DNA from: Chamaesiphon sp.
Lineage (GTDB): Bacteria > Cyanobacteriota > Cyanobacteriia > Cyanobacteriales > Chamaesiphonaceae
Direction: 5' to 3'
DNA: 64,000 bases
NCBI GenBank assembly: GCA_965246715.1
Contig: CBDFFH010000005.1
Span: 192,001-256,000 of the forward strand
The first letter of the stretch is position 1, and each line of letters opens with the position of its first letter. Shown piece after piece: positions 21,192 through 31,236 of this stretch. A program made the position numbers and the translations under genes. Under the pieces are notes generated by a model, which had not been told where the DNA came from, made no database searches, and saw only the letters and a list, made by a program, of their open reading frames with translations.

Positions 21192-22625
21192 TCATATTGC
21201 AATATCCATCGGGACAGAGATACTAACTAAATTTGCCACCGGAGTATATATATCAACGTCAACTCCTGGAACTCTAATTGATACAATCAATGAATAATGA
21301 GAAACTTCGTTGTATCGTTCCAGATATTTCTTTTCTTTCCACCATCCACCCACTGGGTAAACTGCGATCGCATCCTTACTCGCTAATTCAATTGCGGCTG
21401 ACCAAGATGATGGCGTTCCGCAATCGTTAGAACCAACGTTACTGGTAACTGCCATACAGAACACTCGGCGGCGATGAGGGGCTTGGATCTCCGGTAAAAA
21501 TACTCCTTGTTCTGTGATTGCACCGTAAAGTTCAGGATCGTTTTCCCCAATAGTTGGAAGTATTTTGACTGACTCAATGCGGTGTAACAGTTTTACAGGT
21601 TCATCTGTTGCTAGATTGTCTAACATGTAGTCAGCATATAAAGCTATTCCCGCCATCGCAGTCCCATGACCCCGCCGATAAGGACTGTCATTAGTACCCC
21701 AGGATGGCTCAACAGTGTGCATATCATCTGAAGCCAAACCTAGTGCCAGCAGTGGATGAGTTCGTGTTGCACCGCTATCTAGCAAACTGATTGCTACTGC
21801 GTGTTTCCCTGGTTCAATCAGTCGCCTTGCTAAATCTTCAACCCAGTCAAGTTGCTCTCTCGATCCCATCTCCAGAAATATTGATGGGATGTCCTTGGCA
21901 ATGCGTAGTTCCGCTACCGCATCAGAGTTTGCGATAATTCTCGCCATTGCTTCAATGTTAGACATTACTAGAACAATCTCACGCTCTGGGAAAGTAATGG
22001 CATGGTGCTTCGTCCGAATGTTTAGAAATTGAACAACCTGGTCAAAGACACTGCGTCGATCTTTCCGCAGCCAGACCTCCCACCAAACATCTAGTCCATT
22101 TGCTGGAAATAGAGATGGATCGTCTGTAAATAACGATGTGACTTTTCCAACGTGAACTGATTCTATCCGTGATACCAGTCTCTCATTTTTTGGTTTTCCG
22201 CTTTTTTTATCATTTTCATTGCGATACTTTCGTACTTTATTCAAGAAGTAGTCAGCAGCGATCTCTGGGACAAAAACAGTAGCTGAAACCATACCCTCTT
22301 GCTCAGGGATCTTTTTGACAGCGACAAGCTCAATGTTCTTTCTACGATCTCCTAGCTGCTGAAAAGCGTTAGCTTTATCAGCTAAAATTTGAAATTCCAG
22401 GTAAAAGCCAGGTATTCCAGCCGCAATATCTGGTTGGCGAGAGTCTAACTGTTTACGAGCATCCTGAATTGCTAACCCAATGGTCTGTTCTAGAAATTGA
22501 GCGTGTTCTATCCTATTTCGTTCGGGTGGTGGGGGCGATTTACCACCACCTCGACCAGTATAGTTCTCGCTTTTGCCATTATCAGGTAGATAGATATGAG
22601 GAAATTTGCGTGACCGATCGGACAT
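21192..22625 (-). pseudogene. ietS: IetS-like S8 (subtilisin) protease with large in-frame internal deletion
   Basis: Has WWEVWLR, LLDSG (Asp), GHGTAMAG (His), PELYGAIT and the C-terminal IAVYPVGGWWKE. PSSWSAAIE joins directly to the C-terminal segment and no GTS catalytic Ser motif is present. Confidence 0.75.
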
Positions 22626-22628
22626 ACT

Positions 22629-23627
22629 CTACGCTTTTGTCAGTTGTTGGAAATTAACACCTTGCCGCTCCAAGATAGCGGAAATTAGTGTTTTCTCAAC
22701 GATCTTTTCTGTATTTGATAGCACGGCTTTCTTGGCTGCTTCATCCGCAGCGCGAGCAATCTCCGCTAAACTCAATCCTTGGGCAGCTTTCAGTACTTTT
22801 GACCAATCACGCCATTGGGGATCGAAGATCGAGAGCCGTGTTTCGAGAAGGCGATGAATCATTTCTGCTGTTGGCAGGGTATATTCAATTACGTCATCAA
22901 ATCTTCGGAACAGAGCTTCATCGAGTAGGTTGGGGTGATTGGTTGCCGCAACAATCAAACTCTCACTCTCATCATTCTCGATGAATAGTAAAAAAGAATT
23001 CAGGACACGCCGAATTTCGCCTGTATCGTTGGTGCTGTTACGCTGTGTGCCGATCGCGTCAAACTCATCAAAAAAGTAGACACCTCGCGTCAGTGACATG
23101 GCATCAAAAATTAACTTGAGGCGGCTGGCAGTTTCTCCCATAAACTTACCGATGAGGCTGCTATACATTGCGGTTAGAAGCGGCAGATGCAGTTCTCCAG
23201 CCAAGGCTGATGCCGTCATTGTTTTGCCAGAACCAGGGGGGCCTACCAGTAAGATTTTACGACGCGGAGATAAGTTATAGGATTGAAGGCGATTCCGCTG
23301 TGTTTGTTCTGTCAGAATGCGCTCTAGTCGCAACTCTAGATCGGGCGATAGCACCATGTCCGAGAGTCTTATATCTGGATAGCGAGCGGACAGCAGGCTA
23401 GATAATTCGCCTTTGGGTTGAACTATCGCAACTGGGCTGGTTTTGCGCTCGATCGCGGAGCCACGTTCTTTAGCTTGTTCGATTAATGCTCGAATTTCTT
23501 GAGCGAGTTTCCCATGCCCTTGTCTGGCTTCATTCGCAGCAATTTGAAGGGCAGCAGAATGAAACTGCTGCTCTTCACCTTCTACATAACTTTTTAGAAG
23601 TGCCACGATCTGGCGAGCGTTAGCCAT
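22629..23627 (-). CDS. ietA: IetA-like AAA+ ATPase
   Basis: Walker A GPPGSGKT, Walker B FFDEFD, AATNH, FRRFD. 3 bp upstream of the S8 protease. Confidence 0.85.
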   Translation of the reverse strand: MANARQIVALLKSYVEGEEQQFHSAALQIAANEARQGHGKLAQEIRALIEQAKERGSAIERKTSPVAIVQPKGELSSLLSARYPDIRLSDMVLSPDLELRLERILTEQTQRNRLQSYNLSPRRKILLVGPPGSGKTMTASALAGELHLPLLTAMYSSLIGKFMGETASRLKLIFDAMSLTRGVYFFDEFDAIGTQRNSTNDTGEIRRVLNSFLLFIENDESESLIVAATNHPNLLDEALFRRFDDVIEYTLPTAEMIHRLLETRLSIFDPQWRDWSKVLKAAQGLSLAEIARAADEAAKKAVLSNTEKIVEKTLISAILERQGVNFQQLTKA

Positions 23628-23893
23628 GACCTTACTGCCCTCGATTCGGAGCTGTTTATTTTTATTAAGTACTTTGATTCAGTTTACTTTGTTTAACAGA
23701 CCTTTTGTACTGTCAAAAGACGTTACTTTACACAACCCGTCAGGAATGCAACGCCGATTGGCATGAAGTCTCAGTCAACTCAGTGTTTTAGCCTGAATTT
23801 AGGCTGAAATAGTCTCTTAGTAAGGATTTGAGGAAATACTCAACTGGTTGCGATCGAAATGATAGTTGGATACGCAACAATGTGTTGAGAGAT

Positions 23894-24238
23894 TCATTGC
23901 TCTACCTGCTGACAACTTTCAGTAGGAAACAATAAATATGTTCCAGGTCGGATCGCCCATGCTGCATTCTCCCGCCACCAGTTTGCTGCCGCTGGTGAAT
24001 GTGTCGCGAGGATCTCAATGGATCGAGCGGCTTCGACTGTATAACCTTGCTCTTTTTTGGTTCTGCCAGCAAGATGGGCAAAGAACGATCCGAACCCTTT
24101 TTTTGGTCGTGACAGAACGCCGACTGTATCTACATCATGTACTCCAGGAACGGCAAGTGGCAAAACAAGTCCGACCCAATCGGCTCTAACGCTTTCGGGT
24201 GCGTCCCCTGGAGGAGTGCTGATGATGCGGATGTACAT
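23894..24238 (-). CDS. Hypothetical protein
   Basis: 114-aa ORF (PPGDAPESVRADWVGLVLP...AAANWWREN). Confidence 0.6.
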   Translation of the reverse strand: MYIRIISTPPGDAPESVRADWVGLVLPLAVPGVHDVDTVGVLSRPKKGFGSFFAHLAGRTKKEQGYTVEAARSIEILATHSPAAANWWRENAAWAIRPGTYLLFPTESCQQVEQ

Positions 24239-24339
24239 AACGATCGGTAATATTACTGCTCATACTTATATTTCCCCGCGATCGGAAAGTATGTAACTCT
24301 TGCAAAGATTCGATCGGAGTTAACAGCCCTGTATCACCT

Positions 24340-24760
24340 CAAACTAGGCGGTATCTTGGCGCGAATCTAGTTCTTGATTCAACATCCGCTCGTTGGCGTA
24401 GCCGCGCCGAGAGGTAATCGTCACATCAAAGGCGCGTTGAAATTCTAGGTCTGAGGTTGTAGCGCATTGAAGAGAGCGATAATCTCGTCTAAGGGGTCTT
24501 GCTGGCTCTCCTGGCAGTGACAACCGCGTGGGCTAGTTCTGGGGTGCGAGTTCGGATGCGGTGGAATCTAGGTCAATCGAGTGGTTGAGTCTGACTCGCT
24601 CTAAACTGTAGGTGGAGAGGTCGATACTATTGAGGAGTTGGTCATATTTTGACGAATTGTTTAGCTTTAATTTTGAAGTCTATCTTGCCTGCTTCGGCTA
24701 ATTCTAACTCGGTGGTAAATCTCTGGGCGGCGATATTCATAATCGGGCTGAGTTCGTGGG
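24340..24760 (-). pseudogene. hsdR: Degraded C-terminal fragment of type I restriction subunit R
   Basis: Manual minus-strand translation gives ELSPIMNIAAQRF...DFKIKAKQFVKI*, then QLLNSIDLSTYSLERVRLNHSIDLD and QDPLDEIIALFN across frameshifts and stops. Confidence 0.6.
24393..24416 (+). repeat. 24-bp mini-element inserted at CG|ATCG
   Basis: TTGGCGTAGCCGCGCCGAGAGGTA, a variant of the TTGGCGAAGCC family. Confidence 0.65.
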
Positions 24761-24884
24761 CAGCGTGACGATAACTTGACAAACCAGTCATAACAGGCTA
24801 AAAGTAGTACAAGCCCATAAAATAGCCCACGTAGTTATTTTTAATGGCTGTAAGCTTTGCATTATAAGGCTTGTGACTCTATTT

Positions 24885-24934
24885 GCACTACTTTGGGGTA
24901 GTAGGGGTCGGAGGTTCAAATCCTCTCGTTCCGA
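24885..24934 (+). other. att core: 3' 50 nt of tRNA-Pro(GGG), not an intact tRNA
   Basis: Anticodon arm CTACT-TTGGGGT-AGTAG, T arm GGAGG-TTCAAAT-CCTCT, acceptor 3' strand CGTTCCG-A. The 5' acceptor strand and D arm are absent. Confidence 0.85.
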
Positions 24935-25079
24935 TTTGACTGAAACATACGGCACGGCAAGGCTTTTAGGAAACAAACCATTTCTTAACAGCCGTTTTTT
25001 CGTGTCTATGCACTCAAAATAATGTGCTGTTTTGCGTGGTTTGGCTGGTCGATCGCCCACCATTTCACCCACTGTTTTT

Positions 25080-26195
25080 ATGCACATTGAAAAACGCGGC
25101 AATAGCCTCCTCATCAGGTTTTCGCACGATGGCAAGCCCTATAGCTTCAGTTTACCCAAACACAATAATCCGGTGGGGATGTCTGCCGCCAAGATGAAGA
25201 TGGCACAGATCGAGAAAGACATCAACTACGGGAACTTTGATACTACTCTACTCAGATACAAACCTCGCAAGCTTGGGAACGATCCCACAGCGATTAGCGC
25301 AGTCGAACTATTTGAGAAATATATTCCCCACCATCAACAAGAGCGGGGGCTAACTCACGGATCGGGGCTAAGACTTAAAGCGATCCTGTCCAAACTCGAT
25401 CGGTTACTTGGTGATAAACCTGCCGAGAAAGTGACTGAGCCTGTAGCAAAGGATATGGTCGCTAAATGGTTGGAATCGGCATCGAGCAAGACAGTCAAAT
25501 CATATCTGTACTATTTAAAAGCTTGCTGGGATTGGGCAGAGGGCAAGTACCACGTTGCAGAATATAATCCCTGGGAGTGTTGTTTAACCACTGCGATTAC
25601 CAGGGGTCACAAAGCCCCAAATCGGCAACAGAAGAAACCCTTCACTATTGCCGAACTCCAGGCGATTATCTCAGCGTTCGCGACCAATCCATATTACTCT
25701 CACTACACTGAGTTCATCATCTTTCTCGCCTCTACTGCTTGCAGATTTGGGGAAGTTGCAGGGTTGCGATGGCAGCATCTAGGTTCGGACTACACTACCG
25801 TATGGATCGGGGAATCCATCTCTCGCGGCCATCAAAACCAAAAGGGCACCAAAACGGGAAAGCATCGCACTATCCAGTTACCGCCGAATGTGAGAGCGAT
25901 GTTGGTATCCAGATTCAATCGACTATCGCCACAGCCGGACGATCTGGTATTTCCCAGTCCCAAAGGTTTGCCCATCAATGACCATACGTTCAGAAGAAGA
26001 GCATGGAAAACATGCCTTTGTGCCGATCCCGCAACCCTTGACAATTGGCGAAGATTTTGCGGTTGTTCCGTTAGATGTGATGCCCATTTTAACCGATCGG
26101 ATTCGGACGATGGCCGATCGCATCCAGCCCTTTGTACTAGAACCATCGATCCATTTAGTGGAGCAATTAAACTTATCACCAAACGATCGCGCTGA
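25080..26195 (+). pseudogene. Tyrosine integrase with N-terminal arm-binding domain, truncated near 26018 and fused to foreign sequence
   Basis: QIEKDINYGNFDTTL arm domain, KKPFT, TACRFGEVAGLRW, KGTKTG, FRRRAWKTCL. HxxR box, GH and catalytic Tyr are missing. Confidence 0.82.
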
Positions 26196-26223
26196 TTTAG
26201 ATAATAATTTTTTTGGGTAAGCG

Positions 26224-28038
26224 ATGAAAAAGTTAAGGATCTTACCAAGGCTCAATTGGTTGAGCGATCGGTTTGCCAAAAATCTGGGCGTAAATAACGC
26301 TCGGAAGGAGCAAGTATATTTAGATATCGCCGAGTCAGTCAGCCTCACTGATACCAGCTATTGGATTCAGGTGCTATTTTCGGCGGGGATTGCTACGCTC
26401 GGTTTAGTGTTGAATAGTCCAGCGGTAATCATCGGTGCGATGCTAATTTCGCCCCTGATGGGCAGCATTTTGGCAAATGGACTTGCCCTAGCCACGGGCG
26501 ACATTATCTTAGCTCTGAGGGCAATTTTGAACTTGCTCTTGAGTTGCGGATTGGCGATCGCCTTTGCCATGTTATTGGTGCTAGCTCTGCCATTTAAGGA
26601 AATGACATCGGAAATTATCGCCCGGACTCAACCCAACTTACTAGATCTAGTCATTGCGCTATTTTCTGGGGCAGTGGGGGCGGTGGCTATTTGTAAAGAG
26701 CCAAAAGGGATAGCCACCTCGATTCCAGGTGTATCGATCGCCGTGGCACTGATGCCACCATTATGTGTCGTTGGCTATGGGCTGGGCATGGCGATAACTG
26801 TCAATTCGGCTAATGGACTGGGGGTAGCCCGTGGCGGCGGATTGTTATTTTTAACTAACTTAGTCGCGATTACCTTTATGGCGATGGTGGTGTTTTTGGC
26901 TTTGCACATCGATCCCGATCCAGTGCTAGCCAAAGTGCGAAGCTGGCGAGAAAGCGATCCTGAAAGTATGCGGCTCCAGTCGCTTGTCGATAAATTGCCT
27001 GCCTCCGAGCGAGTGAAGAAAATTGGTGGTTTACCGAGTCGCATAATATTAATCGTGATGACGATCTTACTGGTTTCGTTACCTTTAAATCAGTCTTATA
27101 ATCAGCTTCGCAGTGAAGTCGAGCGCAAACAGCAACAAAATCGCCTGCGGAATGTCGCCACCGAGATCTGGCAAAAAAACTTTGCCGAATTTACCGATGG
27201 CAAAGCCCGATCGTATATCAGCCAACTCTCATTACAAGAGCGAGAGCGAAAATTGACCGCCCAACTTCAGGTGGTGACTAGCAAAATATATACTGAAGCC
27301 GAGCGCGCTCGATATAAAAAACTCTTAGCGGTAAAACTGCTCCGCCCAGTCGAATCGATCGCCCTAAATCTAATTCAGATTCCCACCGCGTCTAGCGACT
27401 TGTTGCAGCAAGTTCCCGTCGCCACTATCCCGTCGCCACCCCCAACAGTTGCCGAATTACAATCGAGTTTTTTGGGGGGGATAGAATCTGTAGCTGAATC
27501 ACTGGTTTTACCAGCTCCGGCTCAATTGGTAAATTATGAAGTTAGTACCAGTCCAGTTGCACCGCTGAAAATTCAGGTGGTTTATTTGAGCGATCGGGAG
27601 ATCGATCGCGATGGAATAGTCTTACTAGCCGCAGAGATCCGCAAGCAATTAAATTATCCGACGGCTGAAGTCAACTTCCAACGCATTGCACCGTTGAACA
27701 TCGCGCTACCGTTCGGGTTGAATCAAGCTAAAATTACGCCCGATCTCACCAGATCGCTCGCTCGAATCGGTTTGCTCCTTCAGCAACAGCCGCGATTGCA
27801 GGTTGAAATAACTGCTAGTCAAACACCTGCGGAAACTGGATCGATCGCCCAGGATCGATCGATGGCTGTGAGCGATTATCTTCAGACTAAATGGCAAATT
27901 CCCGCAGATCGCTATGTAATTAAAACTGAGGCAGGAGCCAAGGCGATCGTCCAACTCAAGACAATTGTCGGATTGTCTCCCAATTCTTCACTGCCCAATC
28001 CAGTCGATCGGGTTGACGAAAAATCGAACCCACAATAA
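26224..28038 (+). CDS. DUF389 membrane protein with C-terminal OmpA-like region
   Basis: NSPAVIIGAMLISPLM, EIIARTQPNLLDL, IPGVSIAVALMPPL; C-terminal LPFGLNQAKI...QDRSMAVSDYL. Confidence 0.85.
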   Translation: MKKLRILPRLNWLSDRFAKNLGVNNARKEQVYLDIAESVSLTDTSYWIQVLFSAGIATLGLVLNSPAVIIGAMLISPLMGSILANGLALATGDIILALRAILNLLLSCGLAIAFAMLLVLALPFKEMTSEIIARTQPNLLDLVIALFSGAVGAVAICKEPKGIATSIPGVSIAVALMPPLCVVGYGLGMAITVNSANGLGVARGGGLLFLTNLVAITFMAMVVFLALHIDPDPVLAKVRSWRESDPESMRLQSLVDKLPASERVKKIGGLPSRIILIVMTILLVSLPLNQSYNQLRSEVERKQQQNRLRNVATEIWQKNFAEFTDGKARSYISQLSLQERERKLTAQLQVVTSKIYTEAERARYKKLLAVKLLRPVESIALNLIQIPTASSDLLQQVPVATIPSPPPTVAELQSSFLGGIESVAESLVLPAPAQLVNYEVSTSPVAPLKIQVVYLSDREIDRDGIVLLAAEIRKQLNYPTAEVNFQRIAPLNIALPFGLNQAKITPDLTRSLARIGLLLQQQPRLQVEITASQTPAETGSIAQDRSMAVSDYLQTKWQIPADRYVIKTEAGAKAIVQLKTIVGLSPNSSLPNPVDRVDEKSNPQ

Positions 28039-28125
28039 CGTAAATTGTCTAGTTATGGTTGTACCAAAGATCTAAAAACCCAATTCTCTGCATTATCAAT
28101 TATTAATTATCAATTAATTTAACAA

Positions 28126-29682
28126 ATGATGGAATCGAAGTTACAAGAAGTCGCGATCGCAGGTAATCTCAAGCAGTTTTTGCTGGTACTCGCCGTTTCT
28201 TTGAGCGTGGCGACGCTACCGGAGGCTGTGAGTTGGTTTCGCAAAATCCCTTATACATTATTGCTAGTAATTGTGGGGTTGGGGTTGGCATTTGTCGATG
28301 TGCGACTGGTAAAACTTTCGCCGGAATTAATTTTGTCGATCTTTTTACCACCGCTACTATTTGAAGCAGCTTGGAATTTAAAATGGTCGCGCCTCAAGCA
28401 AGATCTGATTCCAATTTGCTTGTATGCCGTTTTGGGCGTGGTGATTTCGATCGCTGGGGTAGCGGTGGGACTCGATCGACTGGCTGGTTTGCCATTGACT
28501 ACAGCTTTACTGATTGGCGCGAGTTTGTCAGCGACAGATCCGGTATCGGTGACGGCATTATTTCGCGAGTTGGGTGTGGGTAAACGGCTGACAGTCTTGA
28601 TGGAAGGGGAAAGCTTATTTAACGACGGCATGGCAGTGGTGGCTTTTGGCTTTCTGCTGGCATTCGCTCAAGGTACTGCCGATTTATCGGTGCAGCGGAT
28701 TTTAGCTCAGCTAGTGATAGTCGTCGGGATTGGGCTAGGAACTGGCTGCATCATTGGCTTTGCGATTTCTTATCTGACGCAACGGTTCGATCTGCCCTTG
28801 GTAGAGCAGTCGCTTACCTTAGTTTCTGCTTATGGGGCTTACTTAATCGCTGAGGATTTAGGCGGCTCGGGGGTGATGGCGGTGGTAGCCACTGGCTTGA
28901 TTTTGGGCAACTTCGGCTCGCAGATCGGGATGAATCCTCGGACGCGGATTATTGTGACGGAATTTTGGGAATTTTTAGCCTTTTTTGTCAATTCGATCGT
29001 CTTTTTATTAATTGGCGACCAGATTCGGTTTGAGGTTTTGGGTAAAAATTGGATCTCGATCGCCGTGACGATTGGCGCGATGATTGTGATGCGGGCGATC
29101 TCCATCTACGGACTAGGCGGATTGAGCAACCGATTTGCTAAGTCCGATATTCCCTTGCCAGACCAAACGATCCTCTGGTGGGGCGGGTTGCGGGGTGCAG
29201 TGTCGATCGCCCTTGCTTTGAGCGTACCGGAGAGCTTGCCAGGGCGGGAGACGGTGATTGCGACGGTATTTGGCACAGTATTATTTACTTTGCTCGTCCA
29301 AGGACTGACGATTCAGCCGCTGTTGTCCAAACTCGACCTACTAGGCGACCAGCCATTACAGCAACGGTACTTAGAAGCGACCGCGCGGGAAGCGGCTCTC
29401 AATCGGGTGCTAGAGCATTTGGGCGATATCGACAAACATCCAGGCATCGATCCGGAGTTTTATAACTATCAAGTGGCATTGGTCGAGGGTGAAATATCCA
29501 ATCTCGAAATCGAAATCGATCGGCTCAAAGATGAGTATCCGAACTTACAAACATTTATCTCCGAGCAGCTAAGGGAAGAACTACTCGCGATCGAAGCTGA
29601 TACTTATGCTGAGTTGGTAAGGGCGGGTCGCTTGAATCGAGAACTACCACTGTTTCTGGGGATCGATCGCCGTGGACACTAG
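28126..29682 (+). CDS. CPA1 family Na+/H+ antiporter
   Basis: FLPPLLFEAA, LSATDPVSV, EGESLFNDG, GGLRGAVSIALAL. Confidence 0.93.
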   Translation: MMESKLQEVAIAGNLKQFLLVLAVSLSVATLPEAVSWFRKIPYTLLLVIVGLGLAFVDVRLVKLSPELILSIFLPPLLFEAAWNLKWSRLKQDLIPICLYAVLGVVISIAGVAVGLDRLAGLPLTTALLIGASLSATDPVSVTALFRELGVGKRLTVLMEGESLFNDGMAVVAFGFLLAFAQGTADLSVQRILAQLVIVVGIGLGTGCIIGFAISYLTQRFDLPLVEQSLTLVSAYGAYLIAEDLGGSGVMAVVATGLILGNFGSQIGMNPRTRIIVTEFWEFLAFFVNSIVFLLIGDQIRFEVLGKNWISIAVTIGAMIVMRAISIYGLGGLSNRFAKSDIPLPDQTILWWGGLRGAVSIALALSVPESLPGRETVIATVFGTVLFTLLVQGLTIQPLLSKLDLLGDQPLQQRYLEATAREAALNRVLEHLGDIDKHPGIDPEFYNYQVALVEGEISNLEIEIDRLKDEYPNLQTFISEQLREELLAIEADTYAELVRAGRLNRELPLFLGIDRRGH

Positions 29683-29687
29683 CCAAA

Positions 29688-29846
29688 AAAGACCAGCTAT
29701 TTACCCGCATCCTCGATGAATTTCTCGATACAGATGGGCGAGTGGAGTTTGCTTCGGCTACCTTCCACTTGGTGGAAGCTCCGGTATTTAATGTGAGATT
29801 GACCGATGGTGGTGACAAAGATCTTCTGCCTCGATCGGCTGATTGA
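29688..29846 (+). pseudogene. Orphan C-terminal gene fragment, possibly MscS-family channel
   Basis: Frame KDQLFTRILDEFLDTDGRVEFASATFHLVEAP...* without a start codon. Confidence 0.45.
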
Positions 29847-29879
29847 AATAAATATTATTTACAGATATCTTCTGACAAT

Positions 29880-31233
29880 TCAATGTTGTTCGATCGCTTT
29901 CACAGCAGCTAGATATCGTTCCTTAATGTCGTTGCGATCGAACTCTTCGGTAATTCCTTTGTGACTACCACACTCAATCATATTGGCGTGGCGCAATAGT
30001 GCGGCTCGGTCTGCTCTAGTATGGGTAAAAGGGGCAATGACGGCGATCGCTTCGAGCAACCGCATCGTGACTGCTACACTTGTTTGCCCATACTGCCGAA
30101 TCTGATTAAAAGCAGCATCAGTCACATCTACAAAAGTCACGGGTTCGGCAATGACGCGCAGCTTATCTTTGTTATCATAACGATAGGCAGAAGGAATCTC
30201 TTTTTGTGCCAAGTGACAAAGTGCGGCACTGAGTCGATCGATACAGCCAATGGCGGTAAAGGGATCGTTAATTCCTGGTGATAGGGCGCGGACGGCAATC
30301 TCAACCAGTTGGTTAATCGAAAACTCGACATCTTGCTGCTCGGTGCGCTGCGAACCTAAGACAAAGGCATCATTAATTTGTTTAACCAGCTTTTTGCCAC
30401 CCGATGCTGCGGGATAAACAACTGCCAAAGGACTTCCTTTAACCACAAAGTCTCCAGGACGACGCTGAAGCTGAATCAGGGTATTGCTCTCCGTGGCAAT
30501 TTGCATCAACTGGTCTGTATCGATCGCTTGCACATAGCGACTACCATTCGCTGGAATGGGGGATGCCTCGCGATCGAAATTGGCTGGAACATCTGAGGTG
30601 AGTGGTTCTGCTCGATGCTTCGAGGCACCCCGTCCGATCTGTTTGGGAAAGAGGCGATCGTTGGCGAAGCCTACCGTAGGTAATCGCTTCATCTAGCTCA
30701 CATCCCACCTGATGAATGACACGATCGACTTGAATGGACGTGGCTGAATGGTGAATAAAGTAGATTAAAACGCCAACACTGGCGATCGCTAGTCCAATCC
30801 CACAGGTGACGGCAATATGAGGCACAAACTCATTTTTGGCAACGCCATTAATGGTTCGCAGCACCATCAGGCTATACACAAAGGTGGAGATAAAAGTCCC
30901 TAAGACAATCTGGTTGCCAGTATCTCGCATAAAGTTACGCAGCAGACGCGGGCCAAATTGCGAGGAAGCAAGCTGAAGGGCAACGATCGTAATGGAAAAT
31001 GCCGTCGTAGCCACACTCACCATCGAACCTGCAATAGCAGAAAGAATCGCGCGCGAACCGCTGGGGCCGAGCGAATATGCCCACCCCACCTGCCCAATTA
31101 TGTCTGTTTTTGAGCTTTGGTCGAGATGAATGGTAAAAAACGAAAGCACGATCGCCAACACCACCATCAAGCTTGGAATGAACCAAAAGCTAGAGTGCAG
31201 CGAATCCAACAGCTTGCTAAATTTGGTTCCCAT
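29880..31233 (-). pseudogene. DUF2254 membrane protein, frameshifted by a 22-bp insertion
   Basis: ASSQFGPRLLRNF in the 5' ORF, RALSPGINDPFTA in the 3' ORF. Removing 30661-30682 restores DEAIDRLFP. Confidence 0.88.
30661..30682 (+). repeat. 22-bp mini-element inserted at CG|ATCGC
   Basis: TTGGCGAAGCCTACCGTAGGTA. Confidence 0.85.
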
Positions 31234-31236
31234 TCG

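Noticed and set aside
24860..24934. Functional tRNA-Pro gene
   Set aside because: The 5' acceptor strand and D arm are absent; only the 3' 50 nt match, consistent with an att core
24788..25135. 115-aa ORF across the att site
   Set aside because: Antisense translation of the tRNA fragment (REDLNLRPLLPQ is the typical tRNA shadow)
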